Assembly: GCA_963693365.1 (NCBI GenBank)
Contig: CAVNZM010000017.1
Location: 3,029,527 to 3,093,526 of the forward strand
Origin: Amoebidium appalachense
Lineage: Eukaryota; Protista; Ichthyosporea
Direction: 5' to 3'
Length of the DNA stretch: 64,000 nucleotides
Part shown: in pieces, positions 27,307 through 41,042 of the stretch
How positions within the stretch are numbered: position 1 is the first letter of the stretch
How the letters are laid out: each line of letters starts with the position of its first letter
Notes under the pieces: model-generated
The model's input: the letters and a program-made list of their open reading frames with translations, nothing else
Databases searched by the model: none
What the model was told of the DNA's origin: nothing
Program-made: the position numbers and the translations under genes

Positions 27307-30300
27307 ATGGGTGGGTCAGATGTCCCCACCAATGAAACCCCCCTCTTGGGGAACGCCAAGCAAGATGCCTCAAATCCAGAAATGACCAAGAACCAGGTAT
27401 GAACCTTTCCTTTTCTTATTTAAATGTAAAATGCATCTGAAATGTATAACATGAACGCATGCGAGCTAGGTGTGTGGCTGGTTCAACGAGCCCCAGGTAA
27501 ACTACATAATAAAAGTCGTTTCTTGAGCTGGTTGCATTTGCAGAAGGAGCTCTATGTATTTGGCTTATATTACACCCTCAATACTTCTTGAGCTAAAGAC
27601 TAATCATCCCTCGAGCTCAAAGTTCTACCGGGTGTAGTGTCCACATCACCACGATGTGGAAGCACTGAGAATTTCTGGTCAGCGTTCTCTAATAGATCTG
27701 GAACTCCGGATGGCCCATCACATCAGCTGCTAATATAATTCTAATCATCTGTTCAACAGCTGGGAACCCTTCGTGGGGTCTACGTGCCATGTGTGCTAAG
27801 TATCTTTGGGGTCGTCCTCTTCTTGCGAATGGGTTGGGCAGTAGGCAACATCGGCTTGATCCAGGTGAGTTAGTTTGATATGGGTTCCGGATCCGCCGGA
27901 TCTTGTTAAAGGGACATAAGAACAGGTTTGTGGTTTGAGCGAAGAAGCAGTGTTGGCACCCTATATGTATCGTGTGTGGTATATAGCAGATACGAACATG
28001 AAGTGAGCGTGTTTGCTCTTCAATATACAGTTAAGCGACACTGCACAGTTTTCAAGGCTACATCGGACGAGCACTCGAGCACTATGCAGAACTGAGCGAG
28101 TTGGTAAAAGAGACGTAACAAGACAAGTTTATTCTAAGCTAAACAAGGAGCCTGAGATCTACTGCTCCGGGGGGCGGAGGGTAGGTAGCGGGGGGCGGGT
28201 GGGTGGGTGGGGGGGGAGTAGGTAGCGCCCGGGGGCGGGGGCAGGGGGGGGGGGGGATCAGCACGGGGCTGAAAGGGAGTATGGACAGGATGAGGATGGT
28301 GCGTTTTACGAATGAGCTTCCCCCTTCCCTAACCCCATCTTCTTCCCCTTCCCCCGGCGTACTTACATCACACCTTTCCCCCACTCGTTAAATCCCACCA
28401 GCCCTGCCTCATCCCCTCCCCCCCCTCCCCCCCCCCTCCCCCCCCGGCCTCTCCCCCCCCGGCGGGCAATGTGCACCCCTACTACACAAGTTTGCACACA
28501 GTATCTTGCACGGCAGCACCCCTTTTCCTTTTTCTTTCGTAGTTGTCCACTGGCCCTCCTCCCTCTCCTCTCCACTGTTGTTTTTAATTGTTTTGCACCC
28601 ACAGACCGTCGTTATTATGGCTGTTGCCTGTGTGGTGGATATGTTGACAATTCTCTCGGTGTCTGCGCTCGCTACCAATGGCCAAATCGGTAGCGGAGGC
28701 CCATACTATTTGATCAGGTGTGCACCCTAATGTTCTTTGAGTGGGCTTTCATTCTGTTTCCCATTACGCACACTCGGTTCTCTTGCTTCGAGAAGGCGAA
28801 TAGCCCAGTAATCCCCCCCCCCCCCCCCCCCCCCCCCACCTACCTCCCCCTTCCCCCCTCATCCATCCCCCCCCCCCCCCCCCCCCCCCCTCTTCTCTTT
28901 CGCCTGGTTTCAGGGAAGGGGGACTACGCCGTCTGCCCACTTCTCACACTTAGGAGACGCTCTCAGGGCATTTTCGAGTTTTTACAGATGCACATACGCA
29001 CAACGTCCCCTTCTGAAGGCTTTTTTACCCATTCATTTATTTACTCTGCTATCATAATCATATAGAAACACGTCTACTTTAGAAGACTGTTATTAGTGCT
29101 GGTCAAAAATTCTTTGAATCGCTCACCCCTTTTTTCCCGTTGAAGTTTTCTCTTCTAACTTGGGTGGTTGGGGTGCAACACAGCCGCACGCTTGGGCCTG
29201 CTTTCGGGGGCTCTGCTGGTGTTGTCTTCTTCCTTGCCAATGCCATCGGTGTCACCTTCTACTTGGAAGGTTTCGTCGAAACCGCTATCAGGTTTGTTTC
29301 CTCTTCTCAAGCTTTCCATTTTAGCTCCCACCCTTTCTCCCTTCCGGCTTAAACCTGTTAAGTGCTTCTGGATCGAGGAATCTTGTTACTCATCATCCCC
29401 CCCCCCCCCCTTCTAGCCTCTCTTGTGTCCGGCCCTGCCTCATCTCCTCCCCCCCTCCCCCGCCCCCCCTCCTCCCCCTTCCCCCCACTCCCCCCCCCCC
29501 CCCCTCTCCATCCCCCCCTTCCCTCCCCCCCCCCCCCCCCCCCCCGGGGTCCCCTACACCCCTTAGTATGAAACCTACCACGGTTCCCACCTACATAATC
29601 ATTTCTATTTCCTGATTCGAACGCATCACCTGATATGAGTCAGAGAGTGAATTTTCTGGGATAGGTGCAAGAAGTGGGCCGGGGCCCTGCCTGGGGGGAA
29701 GGGGGGAAGAGGAAGGGGAGGAGGTGGGGAAGGCCGGGAGGGGGGAGGGAGGGGGTTGTGGAATGGGAGGGAGGGGGGAGAGAGAGAGGGGGTGGGGGTG
29801 GGGAGGGAGGGGGCAGTGGGATATATTAGATACGCCCGAGAGCATGGGTTCTTTCACCACTCTACTGTGATCTCTTCATCCTTTCAACGATAAACACACA
29901 TCTATGCAGCTCTTTCCGGCTAGACTTTGCCAGTTGCTACTGGATGGAGTTTGCCGTCGGCTCCATCGTCCTGGCCACCGTCACAGCCATTGCACTGGTT
30001 GGCGCAAAGTTCTACAGCTCAATTGCATCGGTGTGTGCACTAGTTCCTTCCCTCCCCCCCCCCCCTTCCTCCCTCCCCCCTCCCGTCCCCCACCCCCCCA
30101 CCCCCCACCCCCACCCCCACCTCCCCCACCCCACCGGCGGGCCCATTCCGGGAGATATAGTTTTGAATGCATGGTGAACAAATATGAAAGTGGTATTTCG
30201 GCTTGAAAAGGTGGAGGAAGTGTTGGGGGGAGTAGTGCATGCAGGGGGAGACGTGGGTGGGCATGGGCTGTTTTTTTTTGTTGTTGGTTTGTTTTTGGAG

Positions 30301-31058
30301 TGGGGGATTGGGGGGACGGGCCGGGGTAGGAGGGTCGGGGGGAGGGGGGGAGGGAGGGGGGGGGTAATTTGGGGAGGGAACGTGGAGATGGAATTGGGCA
30401 GGAATGAAGAGGGCGCTGGGGGAGGGGGAGGTGGGGAGGGGGCTGATGGGAGAGGGAACGGGGAGATGGGATGGGGGGCGGGTGATTAGCGCTGAGGGGA
30501 GGTGGAGTGGGGAGGGGTGACGGAGGGCATGATGGGAGAGGGAACGGGAAGATGGGATGGGGCAGGAAGAAAGGGGAGAGGAGGGCAGGGGGGGGAGAGG
30601 GGGAGGGGGGGAGGGGCGATGGGCGATGGGACAGGGAACGGGGAGATAGGGTGGGAGGCTGGTGAATAGGTGAGTTGTGCCCCCCGGCCGGGGGGGAGGG
30701 GGGGGGGGGGGGGGGGGGAAGAGGGGGTCGTCGAAAAAGTGCTCGGAAAGCATGGTTATGAGGGAATAGTTAGGCACCTGGCCAAGCTGTGAAAAATTAG
30801 GCCTTCCTGTTTGCATTTAGGGTTTTCGTGGCAGCCGCTGAACTATGAGTGTAAAACGAGACCAGTCTGGGCAAAGGGAAAAGGGGGGGCCGAGGGAGAA
30901 GGGGGGGGGGGGGGGGGGGGGGGGGGGGTCCCTCCACTTGCTGTGGTTGCCCGAAAGGGAGGTAGAAACTTTGAGAGCCATTGTAACTGTTCTCGTTCCT
31001 TGTTTGTGAAACTTTGAGAGCCATTGTAACTCTTCTCGTTCATTGTTTGTGTATGGGA

Positions 31059-31089
<31 letters not shown>

Positions 31090-31158
31090 TGTGCGTGCGC
31101 GCGCGCGCATGTGTGTGTGTGTGTGCGCGCGCGCCGTGCGTATATAGGCTCTGTGGCG

Positions 31159-31189
<31 letters not shown>

Positions 31190-32847
31190 ACCACCACCAC
31201 TTGTCCCAGCCCAATCTAACACTATGATTGTCCGCACAGGTGATTCTGGTGGTGAAAATGGTCTCCATCACCCTGGGGTTCCTCGGGTTCGTTCTGAGAG
31301 ACCCTCTGGACGTCAACATCGAAGGTTTCACTGGTATCTCCATGGACACTTTCATCGACAACCTGCACCCAAATCCCGGAATATTCACAAATTACACGGG
31401 AGAGGGTGCAAAGGTATGTTTGTGAAGACTGCTGACCTGAAAAGCCATCTGTTAGTTTAGCATTTACTTCTTCTAGAGGCAGGGAGAAGAGGTGGGCAAG
31501 GGGGCAGGGAGGGAGGGACGTGGGGAAGAAGGAGGGGGGGGGGGGGGGAGGGGGGGGTAAAGGGGGTTGGGGGTTTCATCCATTCTGGGTGCCCTGATGT
31601 GGTGGGGAGGGATAGAGAAATGGAGGGTGGTGTGGCTGGTATGTGGGGAAGACCAAGGGACAGGGGTTGTATGGGTTGTGCGTCATGGTTGGAAGTTGAG
31701 AAAGGTTGGGAAACGATTGTGTGCACGTGTGTGTGATGTGCAGCTTTCCCGGAGACGGGTCTTTTTCCCTAGTCTTTCTATCTTCCATTCTTTTTTTTCC
31801 TCCCTTTGTTTCTTCTTTGCCCTTCTCAGCGTGTGTGTTTGTGAAGAATCGGGGAGGGGATGGGGGAAAGAAGGGGGAGGGGGGGGGGGGGGAGGGGGGG
31901 GGGGGGGAGGGGAGGACGGGTCGATGTCCATCATTGTGGTTGGATATTAGAATTCGTGTGTGGACATGGAAGCGGTTGTATGTGGTATGAGTATTTTTGG
32001 CCGAAATTAGCCTGGTGGAGCGGGAGTAGGGGGATTAAAAGATTGCTACGTGACACCATTATAATGGGGAAGGTTTATGCCGGGTATGTGGGTGATGGGA
32101 GTATGGGGATGAACGGGTGGGTGTTGGTGGCTGTTGTGGTGGATTGTGTGTGTGTGTGCGCGCGCGCGCGCGAGCGCGTGTGTGTGTGTCTGTGTGCACA
32201 CGCGTGTGTGGTGGTGGTAGTGAGGGGTGGAGCAGGGGGATGGGGGAGGCAGGTGGGGGGAAGGGGGGGGGGGGGGGGGGGAGGGTTACAAGAAGAATTC
32301 AGTAGTACCAACGGTACGTTTGTGCAGTGTGGTGTTGCCGAGGGAAGGATTCTCTGTGTGTGCATGCGTGCGTGTGGTGGTAGTGGTGGCGGTGATGTGG
32401 GGCCCGGGGTGGGTGGGTGGGGTGGGGAGGGGGGTGGGGAGGGGGGGGTGGGGAGGGGGGAGGGGGGAGTGGGGGTGGGTGGTGGTGGTGGCGGGGAAGG
32501 GGGGGACGGGGTGGGGGGAGAGGGTAGGGTGTCACAAGACAAATCCAGTAGTAACGACGACGTTTTTTATTGTTTGTGCAGTGTGGTGTTGCCGAGGGTG
32601 GAGACCTGGGACACGAGCATGTGGCCAGCTTCTTTACTGCCTTTGGGGTGCTCTTTCCTGCATTCACAGGCATCATGGCTGGCGCAAACATGTCCGGTGA
32701 CCTCAAAAACCCCGGTAGAAGTATCTCCAAAGGCAGCATGCTAGGGGTGGGTGTTGTGATGTCATACAGTACTGATATCTATTAGTTTTAAATTGGAGAA
32801 ATGAGAACATGGGAGGAATGGGAGGCGGGGTGGGGATGAATGGGTGT

Positions 32848-32878
<31 letters not shown>

Positions 32879-33355
32879 GGGGGGGGGGGGAGGGGTTAAG
32901 GGGGGAGGGGGGGAATAGGTGTTATGGGTGTTTAGTTCAATGCGTGTGATTGACATATGGCTGGGTCTCACAGGATGTTGCTTGGTAATTGTGGGTGTGT
33001 TGCTACGGACGTTTTTTGGATTTATCTGGAGTGTATAGATTGTAACACCCAACACACATGACTATAAACACCTCTTCCATGCATACGCCCTCCCTTTTGT
33101 TCTGAAAGTGTAGGTCTCGTTTGGTCTCTGTTGAGGCCCGCTATACCATGGCATATTAACTGGTTTCACACCCTGTTTCTTTGTCTTTGAGATCCGCCTC
33201 CTATTTTCCGTTTGTGCATTCTCATGGGTACTAGTACTAAAGTTGATTTTTGCAGGTGTGGACGGCCATGCTTGTGTACGCCTGCATCCTCCTGTCACAG
33301 GCATTCACCGTGCAGCAGCCGCTGCTGGCCGTCGATAGCAGCATCATGCAGGTGT

Positions 33356-33395
<40 letters not shown>

Positions 33396-34262
33396 CCGTG
33401 TGTGTGCCCGTGTGTGTGCATTTTTTTATTGTGGGAGGAGAGGAGGTAGGGGTGGGAGGGGGAGGCGATTCACTTTTTTGTTTTGGCGGATTCAGGGTTG
33501 GAATTCACAGCAGTCGGATGCAATCGGATCCAAACGTTTTGGGTCGAAGACGGCACCCACTGAAACACTGTTTGTGTTTGGACATGCACCGCTCATAGCC
33601 GTTGTGCTCAAATATGCAAATGCAGCATTTCCGCTCCTAGAAACCATTAGAGTAGCGCCCAGATTACCGGTGCATTGGTGGTTCTATCTATAGGTGTCCC
33701 TCGTGCACTAATGCATCGCCTTATTGATACATTCACGTATTGATACACAGCCCGTCCTGCATGATAGCATAGCGAGACAGTTAGATTCCTCCCTACAGCT
33801 ATATGCAGTGACTAGAGGCAACACCATTAAAGCAACCTAATCCTTATTCAAGCCACCACCCCCAGAGTGTAAGCACGATATTAGAACACACTTCACACCT
33901 AGCACCATAACATGTTAAAGTACCAATGAAACTGTCGTGTTCTTGATTAATATACTGTATTGATACACTTTGGGGCCTCATTCGATGTGTATGAATTCAT
34001 TAGGGACCCCTATACTACATAATTCCAAAGATAATACCAAGGTACCAGTGTTTTCCGTTGTTATGTTCTTGATCAAGGCACCACTACATGTTTTACCACC
34101 CCCTGTGTGTGTGAGCCACACACACACGCATGCTAATATTAATGGAAATGGTACCCTGCAGGAGGTGTCGTGGGCCTGGTGGCTGGTAGCTGCTGGAATC
34201 TTCTGTTCCACCTTTGCCTCCGCAATGTCCTCCATCGTGGGTGCTTCCAGAATCTTGCAGGT

Positions 34263-34303
<41 letters not shown>

Positions 34304-37300
34304 CGCGCCAAAAAAAAAAAAACACACACACATACCCCACCCCTTCCCCCTCTCCCCCGCCCCACCCCCTTTTCCTAAGGTCTTCTCTTTCAGGTTTCTG
34401 TGGCCCTCTCTAAGTCTTCCCAATGAAGGCTGGGAACTGTCCGGTTAGACCCCCCCCCCCCCCCCCCTCTCCCCCCACGCGCCCGGGACCCCATTGTCTT
34501 TCCCCTTCACCCTAGGCCCTACTTATTCACTCCATGCCATGTGTTCTGTTTTTTCTTAATCGGTTTCCGTTGAATTAAAACAACCAATGCACACGCTTTC
34601 ATATAAGCACTTCCAGCTTACTCAAGACCCAGCCTTTCACTCATCAATGCGTTGCATAACTCTTTTTTAAACGATAGGGTGCCTGTCGTCAACAAAACAA
34701 AACCCAATCAACTCCGAGTCAACTCAATCTGACCTATGTGTTATGGTATACAGGCCATGGGTCGGGATAGGATCCTCCCTGTCCTCCGGGTGTTTGGGCA
34801 GGGATCCGTCAAGGGCAATGAACCCCGTGTGGCCATTATGGTGAGTGCACACTTACAAATATGGTGGTGGGTGGGTGCAAGAAACTCGTGTGAGCATTGC
34901 AGCGCCCCCCCCCCCCCCCCCCCCCCCCCCCCACGCGGTGACGGCCCGAAACCATCTGCAGTAGCAGCAGCAGCAGCACCCACACACCCAGCACACAGAC
35001 ACAGAAACACACATCGGATACAAAGACACACGCGAACGCCAAACACAAGAAGAACTTTCTGGTGACATAGCCGGGTCTGTCTGTATGTCCACACATCAAA
35101 GTTAGCATCCTCCTTTGACTGTCTGCTTCGCTACCCAGTTTGGAGAAGTTTACCTGGATTGGGTGGTAGTGTGGGGCGATGTTCAATAAGGCAGGGAAAA
35201 TGGGGAATGGATGAAAAGAAGAAAAGAGTGGGCTGCAGCAGATAAGAGGAGTAGAATTTTGTTTTGGCTATGTTTAAGAGACTGGTTTGTGTTGTTCCAA
35301 GAAGTTACACATGGTAGGGGGGAGGGGGGAGGGAGGGGGAGGGAGGGGGGAGGGTTCGATCAGGGGATGTAGGATTAGGGATAGATGATTAAGGGGGTTG
35401 GGGCTAAGCGAGGGTTAAATAGGAGCGATTGGGTAGTTAGGCAGTGCTTCATGCACTCCATGTGAGGGTGGGTTAGTTCGCGAACACGTGCGCATGTGTG
35501 TGTGTGTGTGTGTTCCGCGGGGTGGGTGGTAGGGTGTGTGTGTGTGTGTGGGTGGGTGGGTGGGTGGGTTGGGAGGGGAGGGGGGAGGGGGAAGAAGAAA
35601 CAAACACAGGAGGGCCATAAGTTATGTGGTCCATGTGAGGTTGGGTTAGTTGGCGCGCACGTGCACATGTGCGAATGTGTGTGTGCTGCGCGGGGGGGGG
35701 GGGGGGGGGGGGGGGGGAGGGGGAGGAGAAAAAAACACAGGATGATCATAAAGGTCTTGGGCTCATGGTCAACACTTTTGTGCAGGCCACGTGGTTCATA
35801 GCACAGCTGGGGCTTCTGCTGGGCAACCTCAACACCGTGGCCCCCATCCTGTCCATGTGCTTCCTGCTCACTTACGGCATCGTCAATGCCGCAGTGTTTG
35901 TCCTGGCTGTCAGGTAAAGCCCTCCTTCCCTAACTAAACGTTTGCATTTTTCTTGTTAATAAGCCTTCATTGCATCACAGTCATGGGAATTCCTAATCCG
36001 TATCGTGTTTCCCCCGGGGCGGCAGGGGGGGGGAGGGGGAGGGGGGGGGGGAGGGGGGGGCTGCTGAGCAATCGAGGCTAGGCCGAGCGCCTCTGAAACG
36101 TTCTACTGAACATAAGCTAACAACAACCATTTGAACAAGAGACACCAGCAACATTTTCAAACATATAATAATTCCGGATTTCCGTTACATACCATTTCAT
36201 CCCCCGTTTGCCGCATGGTGTCCAACATCCCAGCATGATTTCCAACATTCTGTGATGTGGGTTGTAACAGGTATAATATTCAGTAGGTTATTATAACACA
36301 TAACGTATATGAATTGGAAACAAAGAAACAAACAGTTACCATCATTCCATCACCTACTTTGAACCTTTAGGAGCACCCAACACGCAATCCACCCATAAAC
36401 TCCCTTATCACTCATATTACCTATGTTCATCTTACTAGCACACTAACACACACACTTCAATACCCACACACAGCGGCACGCCCAACTTCCGACCCCTCTT
36501 CGGCTACTTCTCATGGCACACAGCCATACTTGGCACACTTCTCTCCGTGTCTGTGATGTTCCTATTGGATGCCGTGGCCGCATGCACCTCTGTCATGTTT
36601 ATGCTCATAACATTCCTGGTGGTCTCCTACTTTGGCCCCGACACGGACTGGGGGGAGATCTCTCAGGCTATCATCTACCATCAGGTATACTATACTCCTT
36701 AGTGATGTCTGCAGGTTGGGTTACCGTTAACCCCCTCTTTCCTCTCCACCCCTACCCCCAGCCCACCCTATCCCCCCCCACCCCCCCCCACACCAGTTAG
36801 CCCGCCTGAAGGTGGGTGCTCTTTATGATGCATATTGTTTATGTATGCTTTGCAATATTTGCATGGCATGGTATCAATTGTGTACCTCGTACTCAGCAAT
36901 GCAACAAACGTTATCCCCCCCCCCCCAACTCCAACCGAAAAGAGGTCTGCTTCTGCCTTTGGTTATATATTTGAGAATTCTTTCCGCCCTTTTTGGAACT
37001 CCCTTTTCACTGGATGATATCCCCCCCCCCCGCACACAGACACACATACACACAACCACACACACCACCACAACCACCACCACCCACCCACCCAAGCCCA
37101 CCAAACTTCGGCACCACACCCATCCCCAACCCCCCAACCCCCATCATTCAAAAGGGAAGTGCTCCTACCTTCCTGTGTGATTCGGGATTCTTCCAGTCCA
37201 TATGATACTCTCCAGTCCCTTTTTATTCCTCCACGCACGCAATCCCTTTTTTTCCCGTTTTACCCCCTTTCCCGTTACCCCCCCCCCCCCCCCCCCCCCC

Positions 37301-38060
37301 CCCCCTTCCCCCTCCCCCCCCCTCTCCCCCCATACCCCCTCTCTCCTCTCCTCCCCCCAAAATCCCCAACCCCCCACCCCACCCACCCCCAACGAAGCCT
37401 CCCCCTCACCCCAACAAATACATATATAAAAAAAAAAGAAGACGAGGAGGAGGAAGAAGAAGAAGTTGGTAAAGAAGAAGATGACAAGGATGAACGGGAA
37501 AAAGAAAAAGAAAGACACCGAGAGAAAAAAACCTAACGATTAGACCTGTCGACCTCGGCCTAATGCTGCACCATGCAGGTGCGCAAGTACCTGCTGATGC
37601 TGGACAGGAGGAAGGAGCACATCAAGTACTGGAGGCCCCAGGTACTTGGCACCCATTATAACTCTCTCCGTGCTTGCACAGTGCCACATTGACTTGGACG
37701 CAGAAGGCACCACATGGAATGGAGTAATTCGCAGGGGGAGGGAGGGGGGGGGGGGGGAGGGGGGGAGGGAGGGAGTGGAATAAACGCAGAAGGCACCACA
37801 GGGGATGGAATAAATCACGGGGAAGGAAGGGGGGGGGGGGGGGAAGGAGTGGAGTAAGAGATTGTAAGAGCCTGGGCGAGGACCCTTCTAGCAAGAAGGC
37901 AGAGCCATTCAGAATGCGGACATGACATTCTAAAAGCATTCTCTTTGTTCTTTCGCCTTTCTCTGCATCACCTCTCCCCCCCCTTCCACCCCTTCCCCAC
38001 TCACCCACCCACCCATCCACTCATCCTTCTCTCGCATTTTTAGTGTTTCCTTCTGTCAGC

Positions 38061-38095
<35 letters not shown>

Positions 38096-38639
38096 ACCCC
38101 ACCCATTTCCGCCCCCCGCTCACCCACGCACTCCATTCTCCCGTCCCTTCTTGCCTAGCACATGTGCTTTATTTTTTTTGATGTCCTTTTTGCACGGTCA
38201 TCAGCACCTCTAGCAGCAACCCAACTAATGGTACCTGCAAGGTGTTGGGCCCAATGTATGGCGCACAAATAACACATTATGGGTGCCTTCCAGGTTTAAA
38301 ACAAGATAATTCAAATTTGCATACAAATCTGCACCCAAACCTTTATCCCTGCCTCTCTCCCACCTTCAGCCAGCCCTCTCTTACCTACGATACATCTTTT
38401 ACCCCCCCTTCCCCCCCCCCCCCCCCCCCCCACCCCCCCATCTCTCCCCGTGCACAGCTGCTGACGCTAGTGAACGACCCTGAGAATGAGGACATGAATC
38501 TTGTGCTGTTTGGCAATGAGATTAAGAAGGGTGGGCTGTATGTGCTGGGTTGTGTCGTCTTGGCTGCTCTGGACGATGACTCGGCAAACCAGCAGGTGAT
38601 CCTCCCCCTCCCCCCCCCCCCCCCCCCCCCCCTTCCCCT

Positions 38640-38697
<58 letters not shown>

Positions 38698-38918
38698 ACC
38701 ACCACTACCACCACCTCTTACCACCCCTTGCTATTACACACCTAGACCATTGCATTCAAACAGCAATAACGACAAGAGGGTTCACAAAGCCAGGCGCACC
38801 CACATGGTTGGTTTTCACCTTTTTTGCACCCCTCAGCAAAGGTTGTACCCATAGGTTGTGCATGTATACATTAATGAACCCCCCTTCCGCGGCCCGCCGG
38901 GTGTTCAGATACACACAG

Positions 38919-38949
<31 letters not shown>

Positions 38950-39493
38950 ACACACACACTTTTTGCCTTGCATCCCCCGCAAAAACCTCAACAGAAAACA
39001 ATGGTCATCTGGGGGAATAATAAACTCAATGTACATGCAGGCGATAGGGCAGCGTCAGCGAGCCATCACTCTTGAGTGGATGAGGGCGGCCGACAGTCTT
39101 CGTGTGAAGGCCTTCGTGGAGGTGGTGGCCAGCAGCAACGTCAGGGAGGGTGTCTTTGCTCTGCTGCAGGCCGCTGGGCTGGGCGGCATGAACCCTAATA
39201 CCCTGCTGCTCAAGTTCCCGGAGTCGGTGGGTGCTTCTTCTCCCCCCGACTCGATTTCCATTGCTGGCAACAGCAGGAAAAGGGGGTGTGTATGTGTTTG
39301 TGTGTGTGTGTTTGTGGGGGGGAGGGGGGAAGGAGAGGAGGGTAAGGGGAGATGGGGGGAGGGGGGGGGGGGGGGAGGGAGTCGTAGGTGATTCTTTTCC
39401 CCGATCTTTATTGCTGGCAACAGCAGGAAAAGTGGGTGTGTGGGTGTGTGTGTGTGTTTGTGTGTGTGTGGGTGGATGGTGTGTGTGTGAAGG

Positions 39494-39535
<42 letters not shown>

Positions 39536-39679
39536 GGGAAAGAGAGAGTCGGTGGTGCTTTTTCTTCCCGTTTTCCATTGCTGACAACACTGAGGAAAAG
39601 GGTATGTGTGTGTTTGCCAACGGTGGTGTGTGTGCGTGTGTTTGTGCCTACGGTGTGTGTGTTTTGGGGGGGGAGGGGT

Positions 39680-39710
<31 letters not shown>

Positions 39711-40406
39711 GGGGAGGGGGAGGGGGGGGGGGTCGATTCATTCTGTTTAGTGAATACCGTTCTCTGTTTCCAACCATCATACAATCATATTTGACACAGT
39801 GCCTATCCCACTGAAGGTGTGGAGGGACTTGCTCAGTGTATTTCTTCTCTTTCCAACGGTCATATCTCACGCAGTGCCTATCCCAGGCCATGGAGGGGGA
39901 CATGCACAACTGCATGTATGCCATCCGTGACGGCAGTGATCTGGGCAAGAATGTGGTGCTGGCCCGTGGCTTCAACAGACTGGACAGAGACTCCCTGCAG
40001 AACCCTAGCAGCGGCCCAAAGGTGTGTGTGCCATTTAACTTTGTTCCATTTCTGCCTGGCTTTCCCCCGTGTCTTTCCCTTCCTCTCTTCTCCCACCCAC
40101 CCCCTCCCCCACCCCCCTCTCTCTCCCTTCCCCCCCTTCGCACCCCCTCCCCACCTCGTTCTCTCTCTCTTTACTCCTTCCCTCTCCATCCTGAAAGGTT
40201 TTTGGGGCTCCCCCCCCCCCCCCCCCCCCCCCCCTCACTCTCTCCCCCCCTCCCCCCTCCCTCCCAATTCTTCAAGTGGTTCCTTTCTTTCTTCGTCGTC
40301 CAGTTGTGGTAACGTGGTAATAAAAGGTGTGTGTGCGCGCGCATGTGTGTGTGTGTGTGTTTGTGTGTTTGTGTGTGTGTGTGTGTGTTTGTGTGTGTGT
40401 GTTTCA

Positions 40407-40440
<34 letters not shown>

Positions 40441-41010
40441 GGGGGGGGAAGGAGGGGCGTGTTTGTTAAGGTTCCCGGTGTGCATTGAGGCAGCTTACCA
40501 TGTGCAAGTTCACACATGGGGTTGTACTAACACGCATATGGGCCATGGCTTACCCCCAGGCATCGCACATCACAATCGACGTATGGCCGGTGGAGTGCTG
40601 GGGAGACAGAGACCACGTCAACTCGTGGCAGCAGGCTGCCCTGCTCCTGCAGGTATGTATGCATGCAGTCGTGTGGGTGTACGGAACAAGCATGTGCTTG
40701 TCAGAGTTTCCGGATGGATTCTATGCTTGATAGCAACCCGAATAAACTACGTTCCTGGAAACCCACAGGGTGTGTTGCCAACATAAAAGTCAATGAAAGA
40801 TGCGGCCGGCTTGGTTGATCCCGTTTGTGTGGGTGTTAGTGGCAGGGTTGGGCGTACGGGACCAAAAAAAGGTGGTGTTCGTGTGGGTGCTGTGTGTGTG
40901 TGTGGGTGGGTGGGGAAAAGGGGAAAGGCAGGAAGGGGGGGGGGAGTGGGAGGGGTTGACGGGCGCAGGAAGGGCGGGAGGAGGGGTGGGAGGGGTTGAA
41001 GGGCACGGGA

Positions 41011-41042
<32 letters not shown>

